From: Nemertoderma westbladi
Lineage: Eukaryota > Animalia > Xenacoelomorpha
NCBI GenBank assembly: GCA_032718475.1
Contig: JAUCBJ010006749.1
Coordinates: forward strand, 1-47,447
DNA: 47,447 bases
Direction: 5' to 3'
A program made the position numbers and the translations under genes. The notes beneath the pieces were generated by a model. That model was not told the DNA's origin. It saw only the letters and a program-made list of their open reading frames with translations, and searched no databases. Below, in pieces: positions 35,256-47,282 of the stretch; the first letter of the stretch is position 1; each line of letters starts with the position of its first letter.

Positions 35256-36344
35256 TGAGCCCGAGTTATAGTGTGGCAACGTAGATGCAGTAGTTGCACC
35301 TGACCAGCCGGAAACTCGGAGCAATAGGCCTACTGCTTGCACAATGCGTGTCAATTTCAACACCGCCGGGCACTGGTTGATGGCAGAGTGAGATTAAAAA
35401 ACCGGATTTCATCCTCGGTTACGGTTAGTCCAGTTTGCCCGTAGTGGCAGCGATACTGAAAGTCGAGGTCAACAGACAGAGGCGGCCTTGGTGGTGAGTT
35501 GTTTGATTTCAATTCCAACACTTTTCTGGGCAGCTGGGTAGACTCTGGTAGTGGGTACCTGAATTTAGAATGCCGGTCAGCTGGTTAGTCTGCATAACTT
35601 CCATTGTTGCAGTTGCCGAGTCGATGGATGGTTGGTAGGGGTAAGCCTATTGCTATTGTTGTATTGGCAGATTGATATGTCTGTATGTACATCTACATCT
35701 GATTATACCAGTTGCCGGCGCCGTCGGTCGTACCAATACATAGTCTTTAATTAACATATTTAACCGTTAACAAGAGCAGAAACCGTAAACGAAGAAATTC
35801 ATTTTCTTTTGTCGCTGACACGTGACAGGAGCGTAGAAATGCGGTATAGTGCTGTCGTAGTTCAGTACCGTACCGGTAGTTCTGTAGTTGGCAGTTCAGC
35901 AGTTGCTACCAGTCTGGTTATACTTCTACAGTCTGACAGTAGTCAGGTAGTAGGGCGGTACGGCGGACGGCGCCAACGGACCCTCTAATCTAATTCAGGA
36001 CCGCAGTCCAACAGTCCGGAGTCCGCACTGCATGGCTAATTAGGGCCTACAGAATTAGGCCTGTCCTTCTGTAGTACAAGTATACGTGATCTATAATGAC
36101 TGAACCGGTACCGCGGTACCAGTCAGCCAGTACCGTAAAACACCGAATACAGTATGGCTGTATGGTATTGCAGTATTGATGTATTGTCTGATTATAGGAT
36201 TCCTGATTCAGGGATTGACATTGAGTATAGTACCGGTTAAGGCAGACAGGCAGACAGGCCACAAATGGCATTACTGTAATTTGCCAGAAACCCAGCTGAT
36301 TTAGTCTCCTAGCAACCTGTTGATGTCAAGCGTAATAATTTTTG

Positions 36345-36722
36345 ATAAATAAATTTATTATAACTGTAAGACAGTTACACTGGTGCTGCACGAAGGCCCC
36401 AACTTGGAAAATTTCTAAACTTTTGACAGACTATTTGTGTACCAAGTTTGGTTACATTTCATCGAGGATTGATCGAGTTATTAACGTTCAAAATTTAACA
36501 CTGCAAAAAAAGCGACAGAACGACAGGTTGATTAATGGTACCCCTATGCTAAGGCTCACTCACTTCATGGCTCGCCCCACAACAGACACACCGATTGAGT
36601 TAGTGGTACGGGTACCTGTATGCTAAGCTTGCTTACTTTCGTCGCTCGCCCCACAACAGACACACCGATTGAGTTAGTGGTACCTGTATGCTAAGCTCGC
36701 TTACGTTCGTCGCTCGCCCCAC
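36345..36722 (-). repeat. Inverted copy of the 25030-25330 repeat with tandemly repeated end module
   Basis: TGTACCAAGTTTGGTT, and GCTCGCCCCACAACAGACACACCGATTGAGTTAGTGGTAC repeated. Confidence 0.65.
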
Positions 36723-37261
36723 ATTAATTTAATATATAGGCCACAAGTGCACTCGGCAAACTCTGGGACAATAAAGAAATACATAAATTATTATCCTGTC
36801 TGTATAATTAGATATGTATTGTAGATTGTATCCTAAAATGTTTTTCGATCAAAATATCAATTTGTTGATGTACCTACCCTATCTGATGCCGAATTTTATT
36901 CTGAATTTAAATCTGCAAATTGGTTTCCCATCCATCTTGTATTTATTTCGAGATATGTCTAGTAGTAAATACCATATCCGGGGTCAAGTGGAATCGGATG
37001 AAGAGTATGGTGTTTTCTTGAAGTTTCCAGTAGTTGTACAAATTGTGTCATATTATAAATAAAAACTTATACAAGTATGAGAAAAAATTCATGAGTGATT
37101 TTATAGTGTGCACTATAATATTAAATGACTTAAAAGAAATATTGCTATTTATTTATATATTCTTTGCATTGACTCTGTCTATAATAATACTTATATTACA
37201 ATGTTTTACCAGAAATACATAATAAATAGTCCTGTAGTTTTTAGTTCTAGAATATGTTGAG

Positions 37262-38184
37262 TTAATTTTTAATACATGTGCCAACAATAAGTAACAATAC
37301 AAAGGCTAACAGTAAAAATAGCAATAATATATCATTTATTAAGCTATTATCTTGATGGATAAGACCTGATTCAGCCCTTTCTGTCGTTTCCGTAGCAGCT
37401 GTGGTTGTAGTTATTTTCGATGTAGTAGTTCCCTTGGTAACTGACAATGTAGGCATAGCAGTAGAAGTATCGACTGTCTCTGACGTATCGACTCTGTCTG
37501 TAATAGCATTAGTTGAGGATTCCGGCATGGCTGAAGTTAGTTCCCCATGTTCCATCTGATACAACTGAACAGCGAGATGTTTGTCAGCAAACGTTACCAC
37601 TAAACCACTTCTCAGTTCTGCTTTGAATCCCTGATCTAAACCTCTCCTTAGCAGCTCCAACTTATTCTCGTAGACGTAAATGGTAACAAATCGCCGACCA
37701 TATTGTTTATCTCTTCCAAAACATTCTTCTTCAGCATCAATGTTTATCTTCATACTTCCAACTGTATCCTTAAACACTGATCGGATTGCATCTTCAATAG
37801 CTCTAATTGAAACAGTTAGACACGGAGTGTAGGTAACACTGTAATTCAATGCTACTTGAGAGGTAGTGCCCCCGAAGTCATATAGAACATCATTCAATGA
37901 AATGGGTGGCAGATATTTAAAAGAATCTTCTATCATTGTGGTGAATTCTGATTGACTTAAATTGGCGTTTGTTATTGAGAATTCTACTTCTAAAAGTAAA
38001 GATCCACATGTGATCGTCAATATTTCAATATTAACAACATTTTCGTACCGTTCTGGTAAATTGGATCTTAAGAACTCTTCAATGAGATCTATGTTATCTT
38101 GGAAATCTTCTCTGTTGACAATACATAGGCTGCCTGGGACATTGTATGTTAGTATCAATCGTGTACTTATTACCCCGTTGTCAT
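37262..38184 (-). CDS. Probable terminal exon of a host single-pass membrane protein (SEA-like domain, Thr/Ser stalk, C-terminal TM helix)
   Basis: ~306 open codons behind a TTTATTTTCGCAG acceptor (phase 1). NIEILTITCGSLLLEVEF resembles the SEA GSxxV motif; then TTTSKITTTTAATETT and ILLLFLLLAFVLLLIVG just before the stop. Confidence 0.7.
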
Positions 38185-38626
38185 CTGCGAAAATAAATTA
38201 ATTTAGATGAAACTTCATATTTACTAACTAAACCTCAAATGACACAAATGATTAATTAATTTGATAATTATCAAATTAAAAAAACTTAAAAAAATAGACA
38301 TATTTATAATTATAATTATAAATATGTCTATTTTTTTAAGTTTTTTTATGATTAAAATCATAATGTATTTCATGTAGAGCCTAAAATAAACACAACTAAA
38401 TGCACTAAATTGCATTAATTGTGGTGTTTAGTCATTTATATGTTGATATAAATTTATTTCATTTACTTTTACATCAACCATGGCCTACTTAAATAGGCTA
38501 TTTAAGAGGCCATGCATCAACCCTATTTGTCACAGCATATTTGGCCCCCTGACGATTATTCCCCCCTGGATAAAATCCGTTACTACTACTACTAGGATCG
38601 ACATGCTGCATTGCAGCTATTGTATA

Positions 38627-40820
38627 TGATGAATTATTTCACTATAGAATAGCATTTGTAGTATAACGTAAAAACTTTCGAAAATCCGACGCATTTTGAT
38701 TAAGTTACAGTAATGTAATATGCCTATTCATATTTGTATACATAAAACCCCTGGTTACTCTCGTGGCGTAGTGGTCAGATGGTTAAGGCGTTGGTTGCAT
38801 TACATAGGTTACGAGTTCGAATCTTGGTCGGGAAATTTGTATTTTGGGGCCATTTATTTTCATTTGGTACAAATTGGTAAGCCAATGAGGTGCGTATAAC
38901 GTTTCGAACGATGAGTTAGGCCAATCATAAGGCATGGAATATCTTATTTCTCCAATGTGAGGCCATCGAATACTCTCGAAGGTTCTAGTAAATTCTATGT
39001 CCCAGATTTAGTATATAAAGGCTGGTTTGCCTTCGGTTATCACTTGTAAAACTACCATTCAGTCGTAAACTGTAAATATATTTGTAAACTCCAGAACATG
39101 TTTTTCTTTGGTCCAACTTTGGGACAGCCAAACATCGGGAAGATGACCGCCTAGACCGTTAGGCCGTCAGCAACGCAGGGAAAAGATGTCCACAACACGC
39201 TAGCGCCCACATTAACTTGAACCGCACACCTCTTTGCCCTTCGAAACGCTCCACTTGCCATGCAGCGCCCACTTTATGAGGAAGGTAAGACTTTGTTTGA
39301 CGCCCTTGCCCGCCGTAAGACCTATAGATCAGGGTAAGCGTGACGTCGTCCTGGGACGCCGCAAATTTAGGATCAAATAACTATATTTTAGGCAGAAACC
39401 CCCCCCCCCCCCCTTTTTTCAGTCCTGCGAACCCCTGGGTTACCTGTATACCTCACAGGTAGGTAGAAGCGAATTATTGCCGTCCGTCAGTACGCGAGTA
39501 CATATTAGGTACAGACAGCATATGTTCCATAATTTAGTGATTCGCAGTACTGACCGTTTGGTACCGGTTCGCTTTGTAGAGCATACATTAGTACCCCCCC
39601 CCCCCCCCCCCCCCCCTGCCTGAAGTTGGTTATTTGATCAGGCAAGGAGCATTTCTGCTACCGGCACACCGCTTGGCCTAGGGAGGTTTTTATTAATATC
39701 CTACCGCGCCTTGCCACGTACTGATAGGTATTGCTGCTAACTACTGCGGCAACAAAGTTCTAAAATCAAATTAGTATACCAGATCAGCTAATGTACGGTA
39801 GCAATTAATCCCTATTTCTTATCTTACAACCAGAATCTGGTATTTGTGCCGATCACGGGTGTAGTTACTAACACCGTGGTTGCCCATTTGAGTTGTGGAT
39901 AGGAAGGAGAGAGCTTTGACGTCATTTGTGAGTATAAAGTTCTACAAAACGCGACTAGTTTATTTTAGTAGCTAGCGCACAGTATTGTTTCGGTCAGAGA
40001 ATTACTAAAACCTAGTGAAAAGATATACACCAAAATTGTTTTATTTGTAACACACCCACACACACACGCCCTAAAACATATTTACCCTTAGAGTTTCTAC
40101 TAGTTATAGCACACTTTAGATTACTTTAGGCAGAAATTATCTGTATTTGTAAATTAGGATCAGACATTTAGTTACGGCAAGAAAGGGAGTATTTCATTTT
40201 CGTTATTAAGCTGTTGTTTTCTGCGCAGCAGTTATTGTTACATTTAGGCCTGACCTTTTAGACTGATTTCGTACAGGGGGATCAGTTATCGTTACATTTA
40301 GGCACGACCCTCTTTAGACTGATTAAGGACTGAGATCAGTATTGTAACGCTAGGTCTGTAACCCACTTAGCTCGTATATAAACCATATAAATCACACCGC
40401 GGCAAGTTACTGTATTTAGGACTGTCAGCGATAGTTAGGATTCGCTGCGCGGGGATTGTTTTCCCGTGAGTTTGGTCTGTTACTGTAACTGTACATCTGC
40501 CATACCGGTTAGAGGACAGGTATCCTTTTGTCTAGTTCGTAGGCATTAGACCCGCCCACGTACATAGAATAGACACCAGGCTCTGCTCCTCGCCAGTAGT
40601 AGTTTGTGTATTGTATCTGTTTGTTTAGATATCCTGGACTGGGATTTGTTGTCAGATACTGTACGAGCCCGTTTCATTACTAGAGTCTCATATTAAGATA
40701 CATCGTTACTAGGATCTGGTAAGCGGTATACTACTGGACTTTACGGATAGAGATATTCTATAGCTTCGTATTGGTAGATTTGTAGCCTGTAGGGTAGTTC
40801 CTACCGTAGAGGACACAACA
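38627..40820 (+). mobile_element. Solo LTR, 2194 bp (different family)
   Basis: TGATG...CAACA termini with 5-bp TSD GTATA (38622-38626, 40821-40825). CCAAT boxes near 38882 and 38921, and TATATAAA at ~39013. Confidence 0.75.
38752..38835 (+). repeat. tRNA-like (SINE head) fragment
   Basis: TGGCGTAGTGG A box and GAGTTCGAATC B box; no complete cloverleaf. Confidence 0.45.
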
Positions 40821-41030
40821 GTATATATTACATATATATAAAAAATGCTGTGCCGGCTTGTCGACAAAATTTGCGCCGCCACAACTCCCTATCACCCATA
40901 ACATTTGCTAGATCATCCGCATCTTCAAGGCCGGTGTACTTTAAGATGCGTCTCAAGAAAGCCATGGGCTGTCCACCATGCATATACTCCATGAGGCCCC
41001 CAAAGCACAAGATTATGCACTGGCCGGTCC

Positions 41031-42492
41031 GGTTATATTAAAAAATATCGAGACATGAAAAATATCGAGAGTAAAAATATCGAGTGTTGAAAAATAACTA
41101 CTACTAGGATCGGCATGCTGCATTGCAGCTGCATTTTTAAGAATGCTGTGCCGGCTTGTCAACAAAATTGCACCGCCACAACTCCCTATCACCCATGACA
41201 TTTGCTAGATCATCCGCATCTTTAAGGCCAGTGTCCTTTAAGATGCGTCTCAAGAAAGTCATGGGCTGTCCACCATGCTTATTCACTCCATGAGGTTGCC
41301 AAAGTACAAGATTATGCACTGGCTGGTCCTCACGGCGAAAGCAATGTCCTGCAAAATAACGATAATATTGAGAGTTCAAAAAATATCGAGAGTAAAAATA
41401 TCGAGAGTAAAAATATCGAGAGTAAAAATATCGAGAGTAAAAATATCGAGAGTAAAAATATCGAGACTAAAAATATCGAGAGTAAAAATATCGAGTGTTG
41501 AAAAATATCGAGAGTAAAAATATAGAGTGTTGAAAAATATCGAGAGTAAAAATATCGAGTGTTGAAAAATATCGAGAGTAAAACTATCGATAGTAATATT
41601 AAATAAGGGTTGTATGATAATTGTTGTCCTAAAAATGTTCTAGAACCAAAAAATGTGTTCTAGAACAAAAAATATTTATAAACATTGGTAGCTTCCACGT
41701 CAACATTGGTAGCTTCCACGTGTTCTATAACTTTATAAAAATAAGTAGAAAATACTAGAATGTGTTCTAGAACAAAAATATTTATCAAAATTGATAGCTA
41801 GCACTTATTCTATAATATTTATAAAAAAAGTAGCAAAAACTAGCTAGTATAATAAATCGGGTACCCAAGGTGTATTAATGCCATTTACTTGCACTTGCAC
41901 TGTTGTAACCCATGCACTGAAATATTGTCCCATAATTCTAAATAAAATGCTCAAGCAAAATGCAATCTTTTTACTCTCGATATTTTTCAACACTCGATAT
42001 TTTTACTCTCGATATTTTTCAACACTCGATATTTTTCAACACTCGATACTTTTCAACACTCGATATTTTTACTGTCGATATTTTTCAACACTCGATATTT
42101 TTCAACACTCGATATTTTTACTCTCGATATTTTACTCTCGATATTTTTCAACACTCGATATTTTTCAACACTCGATATTTTTCAACACTAGATATTTTTC
42201 AACACTCGACATTTTTACTCTCGATATTTTTCAACACTCGATAATTTTCAACACTCGATATTTTTACTCTCGATATTTTTCAACACTCGATACTTTTCAA
42301 CACTCGATATTTTTACTCTCGATATTTTTCAACACTCGTTATTTTCGATATTTTTCATCTCGCGTTATTTTTGCTCTCGATATTTTTTAAACACGTTAAT
42401 TTTCAACACTCGTTATTTTTACTCACGATATTTTTACTCTCGTTATTTTTACTCTCAATATTTTTGAAGTCTCGATATTTTTCACCATTACC
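41031..42492. mobile_element. Foldback element with 15/17-bp modular inverted arrays
   Basis: AAAATATCGAGAGT/AAAATATCGAGTGTTG arrays on the left, inverted on the right. GGT...ACC termini; flanks GCCGGTCC/GCTGGTCC (8-bp TSD, one mismatch). Confidence 0.75.
41099..41352 (-). mobile_element. Short 5'-truncated RTE copy inside the foldback element
   Basis: FAGHCFRREDQPVHNLVLWQPHG...; (TAG)n tail; flanked by AAAATAAC on both sides. Confidence 0.75.
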
Positions 42493-43250
42493 GCTGGTCC
42501 TCAAGTCGAAAGCAATGACCTGCAAAGCGGAGGCGGCTTTGTTCTAGTGTCAATCTTGTGGGAACCAATAAGACACCTCCAATTTCTGGTTGGAGATGTG
42601 TGCATTGTACTTGACACAGTGAACCCGGCGTAGCATTCTAGTGAATGTCCATCCATAGATTTGGTGTTCAAGGTTGCCCATGCCATTCCCTTACGTATTC
42701 GAATGGTCCTCATCTGACTTCCGGATCCATGATCCCAGGTGTTGCGGTAACCGGCTAAATCTAGAGACAAATGCGTGGCCGGTTAGGGTTGAGTTTGGTT
42801 TGTTTTCACTGGTTGCGTAAGGGACGGATGATACAACTCAGGGTCTTGGGAAAACTAGTTCTTTGTTATTCCTTCCATGTATAATAGAAATGTCATAGGT
42901 AATAAACAGTGACCAGTAATAGCACAAGTCTGAATCTGATATCTGTACTGAGATACTAACCTTCCATCATATATAATACGTCTTACATATAAGCCGTCTC
43001 TCAGGTTTGAGGGACGCATGTGACTGAAGTATAAATTGGTATTACAACAGTACAAGCTACTATAGTTTGATAAGGGTTTGGCTTATTGCTGCCCTGACCA
43101 ATGAAATGTCGGAGCTACCAGTTAATATTGGCTAATGCCATAATGATTAATCACTTACTTTCCTGATTAATCCTTCTCTCACTATGTGTTGGCAACGGCT
43201 TGTGGTTAGTAAGCCGATGCCTATAGTAAGTTGTTATATACGACCTGCCT

Positions 43251-44455
43251 TGTAAAAGCTTTTGTGGGATAACTGATTCGTTTGCCTTGCTGGCCAGTTC
43301 CCCCCCGGTCGCTAGAATACTCTAAAAGGGATCTATAGCTAAAATAGTGCAAGCTACCAGCTTATTGGTTGATGTGCTGTACGAAGGTATCTGGGCTCCG
43401 TTTACTCGGCCAACCAGCTTAGGGAGGTTGCCTCAGCCTTGCTGTCCGTATCGGCCAATAGAATTTGAGTGGGCGTTGATTTTGACCTATCCCAGAGCTA
43501 CTGAACTGAATTTCCTATCTCTATGCTCATCCTCTGTGTTGGACGGGAGCTTCGGGGAATAAGGGTAGTTGGTATCCTCGTATAGTCAGGTAGTCATATG
43601 ATTCTTCATATGATTCTGTTGTTGTGTTCCCATTTTCGCCAGACCACCGGCTTTTGGGAAGAACTCTAGTAAAACTGCTTAAATTATCGAAAGTATAACT
43701 GTTATCTAATCAGCTAATCAACCAACCAACTAGTCTCACTCACTTAATTTAACTGCACTAATCATATTGTTTGTACTGTTATTTACCGTCAGTTATTAAT
43801 TGTATCTATTTGTTGATGAATTATTGCCCTTTGGAGAATACGGATAAATCACCCAAAATTCCCAATTTTCTTGATACACTACAGGTTAGAGAGACAGGCT
43901 ATACATAACAATTGCGATTTATATTAATGTGGTGTGTATTGAATCTAATGTTATTTAACAGACCCTACATGAGTCAATTGCTGCTCTCTTTATGTGTGAT
44001 CAAATTTACTGACGGTCGGCAGAATAGTGTGCATGATTGTGATTGGTAACAAAGCATTTCCTAAAGAATGCGCCTTATACTTTAATCATAAGCAGTATCG
44101 TTGCGTTTAGTATAAGTCCTAGCTCTGTTTAAATAGATAGAGCGCCACGTCCTAAAGGAACTGTTAATATTTCCCGAAAGCCAATAATATCTGTCAGAAA
44201 TTAATTATTAACGATCTATCGAATAATACAGTAGTTTTACACTGCAACCTTACACTGCAATAATACAATTTAAGCATCCGAATTCAGCCTCCCGGGTGTA
44301 GATCCATCGGGTGAATGATCGCGCATGGGCTGGCTTCGGCTAATGTTTTGTTTATTAGCATAAAATATTGTCGTATGCTAAAGGTGTTTTAATTAACTAA
44401 AAGACATATAAATTTTGGCAGGTTAAACTGCTAAAGGTCTTCAAAAGCGCGAACA
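43251..44455 (+). mobile_element. LTR copy C: solo LTR (1205 bp) defining the family boundaries
   Basis: TGCCT|TGTAAAAGCTTTTG...AAAAGCGCGAACA|TGCCT: exact 5-bp TSD and TG...CA termini. Invariant 30-mer at 44142-44171. Confidence 0.92.
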
Positions 44456-44820
44456 TGCCTGGTTCGTATTTCTTTCTAGGGTTAAGGCAACTTTGAGTGC
44501 TTTGGGTACTCCCACAGTGAAGGTGGCAAAATCACTGATGGGTAACGCGAGGTGTGTAAATTTAATTTTACTATCACATTACCACGCAATTGTATTACAT
44601 CCTTCACACTTCGCACGATTTTATGATTTGTTGTTTCATTGCCTCTTTTATTGGTACTCTCACACTAATACTTCTCTATTATACCGTTTTTCTATTTTTC
44701 TATATCTCTAGTATACCGAAAATACCAGTGCTAGTTTACAGTCTTCCAATAGTTAATAATACATCTACATCTACATCACGATAGTATACTGCTGTACTGC
44801 AGCAGTACCGCTAGGCCAAC

Positions 44821-45429
44821 ATGGCTGAATCTGGCAGCTTTACTGCAATCCAGAACAACATTATGTCTATTATTAGAACAATCCGCCAAAAGAAAAGCAC
44901 ATCAAACGATGACGAGAAACAGTCATTATGCTGTTAGGTTCATTGTACACAGTCTCATTAGGCGATCTGGCCGAAATGAGGAAGGATGTTGCCAATGCTC
45001 GCAAGGAAAGAGCCCTGCTTCCTCGAGCTCGCTCGGGGAAGTAGGGTGGATGGCCCTCTCCGCGCTGCAGCGCCAGTGGAACCCGCAAATGGTGGACAAG
45101 CCCACGTTCACATCGGACGCTTACACAATGAAACAACGAAGGAAGATATTGCCGGTTTCCTCAGGGGCGAAAATATTGCTTTTGAGGATGACACCGAGCT
45201 ACCACTGAAGGATGGAACCTCGATGTTCAAGAGCTTTCATATCATATGTAACCAGAAAAACCGCGAGGAAGTCATGAACCCGACGTTGTGGATTACCGGA
45301 AACCCTATCCGCAACTATCGACTCAGTGAACAAGACCGACAGGAGTTGCGTCTTCAACAACGCGAGAGTTCCGTTAACACGGATGGAGGAAATACACAGA
45401 GGAATACAGAGATTAGCAACAGGGACTAG
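44821..45429 (+). pseudogene. Non-LTR retrotransposon ORF1 (CR1/L2/Jockey-type RRM-like C-terminus), frameshifted
   Basis: VHIGRLHNETTKEDI..FL...FKSFHI...MNPTLW..G..IRNY, directly upstream of an APE ORF. Confidence 0.7.
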
Positions 45430-45439
45430 GATCGGAGCA

Positions 45440-45969
45440 CAAAGGTATGAGTTCGATTATGGAATGTGGAGGGACTTCAATATTTAGCAGACACTCTGAC
45501 CGACTCTGAACTTTATGGCAACGCAGATGTAGTGCTCCTGACTGAAACTCTATACACTGATGTCTCACATTACACCACCAATTACTACTGCTTCTCGGAG
45601 ACAGCTGTCAAACCAACTAGGGGACGTCCATCGGGGGGGGGTCTTATGGTTTTATGCAAACCGCATTTAAATCATTCCAGCATCAAGCAGGCTGCTACAT
45701 ACATCATTATCAAAACATTAATCGCATATTTTATCATTCTCTATTTACCGCCTGACACCCCTCTGGAGGAAATTATTCTAACAATATATGACACCCTCTC
45801 TCGCACAGACCCCAGCCTGTCAATTATTATCTCAGGGGATTTTAACTGCCAGTTGGACTCCGGCACTCGCGGTACAGAGCTATCCGACGAACTGTACAAT
45901 GTCGGTTTCCTTTGTTTAAACAATCCGGATGTACTATTGACCTTATTTTTATTAAATACCCAGGCATAG
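45440..45969 (+). pseudogene. Non-LTR ORF2 apurinic-like endonuclease, truncated
   Basis: WNVEGL...DVVLLTET...GRPSGGGL...LYLPP...IISGDFN. Confidence 0.9.
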
Positions 45970-46060
45970 TCCCACAGATACTTCCCGAAGCAACTGTTGT
46001 AAATAATCCAGTACGAAATCACCAGGCTGTCTCTGCAGTTTTAGAACTCTCTAATATACA

Positions 46061-47282
46061 TGTAAAAGCTTTTGTGGGATAACTGATACGTTTGCCTTTG
46101 CTGGCCAGTTCCCCCCCAGGCGCTGGAATACTCTAAAAAAGGTTTTCTAACTGTATATATATTCCCCTCGCCCGCAAGGTACCTTTACAGGGGTTTTAAC
46201 GGACATAAAAGTAATTCTGCTATATACGTGTTTTAGCGGACATGGTAAGACAAAAAACTTGTAATGCACCAACCACCTTTCACAGCTTAGCCGTGATGAT
46301 TCATATTACGACATCTAGCAGCTGGTTGCTGACATGGAAACAGCCATTGGCCGCGTGGTTCTTTGTTTGGCTTGGGCCAATCAGGGCGGTTTTTCCTGTC
46401 GACGTGTAGCTTTTTAGTCGATCATAAGGAGAGTGTTCAGTCTTACTGTTTTTTCTTGATACTTTGTTGTTATTGCTGTCTAAGCCAGAAACACCGGCAT
46501 TTTTGGATAGATACTGCTGTACCGTAAACTGCTTGAATTATCGAAAGTATAAACTGTTACCGAATCGAATATCACCTAACTCATTAATCATATTGTTTGT
46601 ACTGTTATTTTACCGTCAGTTATTAATTGTAAATATTTGTTGATGGAAATATCGCTATTTGGATAATACGGATAAATCACCCAATTCCCAATTTTCTTGA
46701 TAACACTACAGGTTAGAGAGACCGGCTATACATAACAATTGCGATTTATATTAATGTGGTGTGTATTGAATCCAATGTTATTTAGCAGACCCTACGTGAG
46801 TCAATTACTGCTCTCTTTATGTGTGATCAAATGTACTGACTGTCGGCAGAATAGTGTGTATGATTGTGATTGGTAACAAAGTATTTCCTAAAGAATACGT
46901 TTTATACTTTAATCATAAGCAGTATCGTTGCGTTTAGTATAAGTCTTAGTTCTGTTTAAATAGATAAAGCGCCACGTCCTAAAGGAACTGTTAATATTTC
47001 CCGAAAGCCAATAATATCTGTCAGAGATTAATTATTAACGATCTATCGAATAATACATTAGGTATACACTGCAACCTTACACTGTAATAATACAATTCAA
47101 GCATCCGAATTCAGTCTCCCGGGTGTAGATCCATCGGGTGAATGATCGCGCATGGGCTGACTTCGGCTAATGTTTTGCGTATTAGCATAAATTATTGTCG
47201 TATGCTAAAGTGGTTTTAATTAACGAAAAGACATATAAATTTTGGCAGGTTAAACTGCTAAAGGTCTTCGAAAGCGCGAACA
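46061..47282 (+). mobile_element. LTR copy D (5' LTR, 1222 bp)
   Basis: TGTAAAAGCTTTTG...GAAAGCGCGAACA; closest to copy C; invariant 30-mer at 46969-46998. No TSD; followed by a leader similar to that after copy A. Confidence 0.9.

Larger units (their letters stand above)
38580..42745 (-). mobile_element. RTE 3' fragment (same family as 23640-24995) split by nested insertions
   Basis: Pieces 38580-38626, 40821-41030 and 42493-42745 join into the reverse complement of the 24390-24995 region. Confidence 0.75.

Noticed and set aside
41370-42480. CRISPR array, or repetitive ORFs (also 17738-19287)
   Set aside because: Head-to-tail 15/17-bp units without unique spacers in a eukaryotic context; the ORFs are by-products of the repeats.
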